Sequence record: DRR723986_562 | DNA: 27,871 nt | Reading direction: 5' to 3' (one strand) | Part shown: in pieces, positions 27,856 to 27,871 of the stretch | Position numbering within the stretch: position 1 is the first letter of the stretch | Layout of the letters: each line of letters opens with the position of its first letter | Translations under genes and position numbers: made by a program | Notes under the pieces: model-generated | The model's input: only the letters and a program-made list of their open reading frames with translations | Told to the model about the DNA's origin: nothing | The model's database searches: none

Positions 27856-27871
27856 GCAATTTATTGCGTGT

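Noticed and set aside
1..27871. CRISPR arrays, rRNA/tRNA, IS elements, integrases, defence systems, frameshifted pseudogenes
   Set aside because: I saw no regularly spaced repeats, structural RNA signatures or recombinase/nuclease motifs; the recognised genes appear full length

Overview
An AT-rich, gene-dense bacterial chromosome segment. It is most consistent with Bacteroidota, probably Flavobacteriales (inferred from TAnnTTTG -7 promoter elements, type IX secretion C-terminal domains, and fused SecDF and CcsBA). Housekeeping genes are secDF-tatA-Ca2+/Na+ antiporter, ccsBA, gcvT and fabI. Between them lie accessory or uncharacterised genes: a coiled-coil lipoprotein, small membrane proteins, a DUF1801/DUF6855-like/TfoX-like/TPR-M1 peptidase operon, two coupled T9SS beta-propeller cargo proteins, DUF2452, a RING-less GIDE-domain protein and a DUF5723-like outer membrane protein. 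I saw no rRNA, tRNA, CRISPR array, transposase or integrase, and no clear-cut novel multi-gene system. The best leads are a twice-repeated promoter-in-terminator architecture, an orphan promoter or sRNA candidate at 26.16-26.37 kb, leaderless-mRNA candidates, the bacterial GIDE protein and the DUF1801 operon. All family names come from motif recognition by eye, not from database searches.
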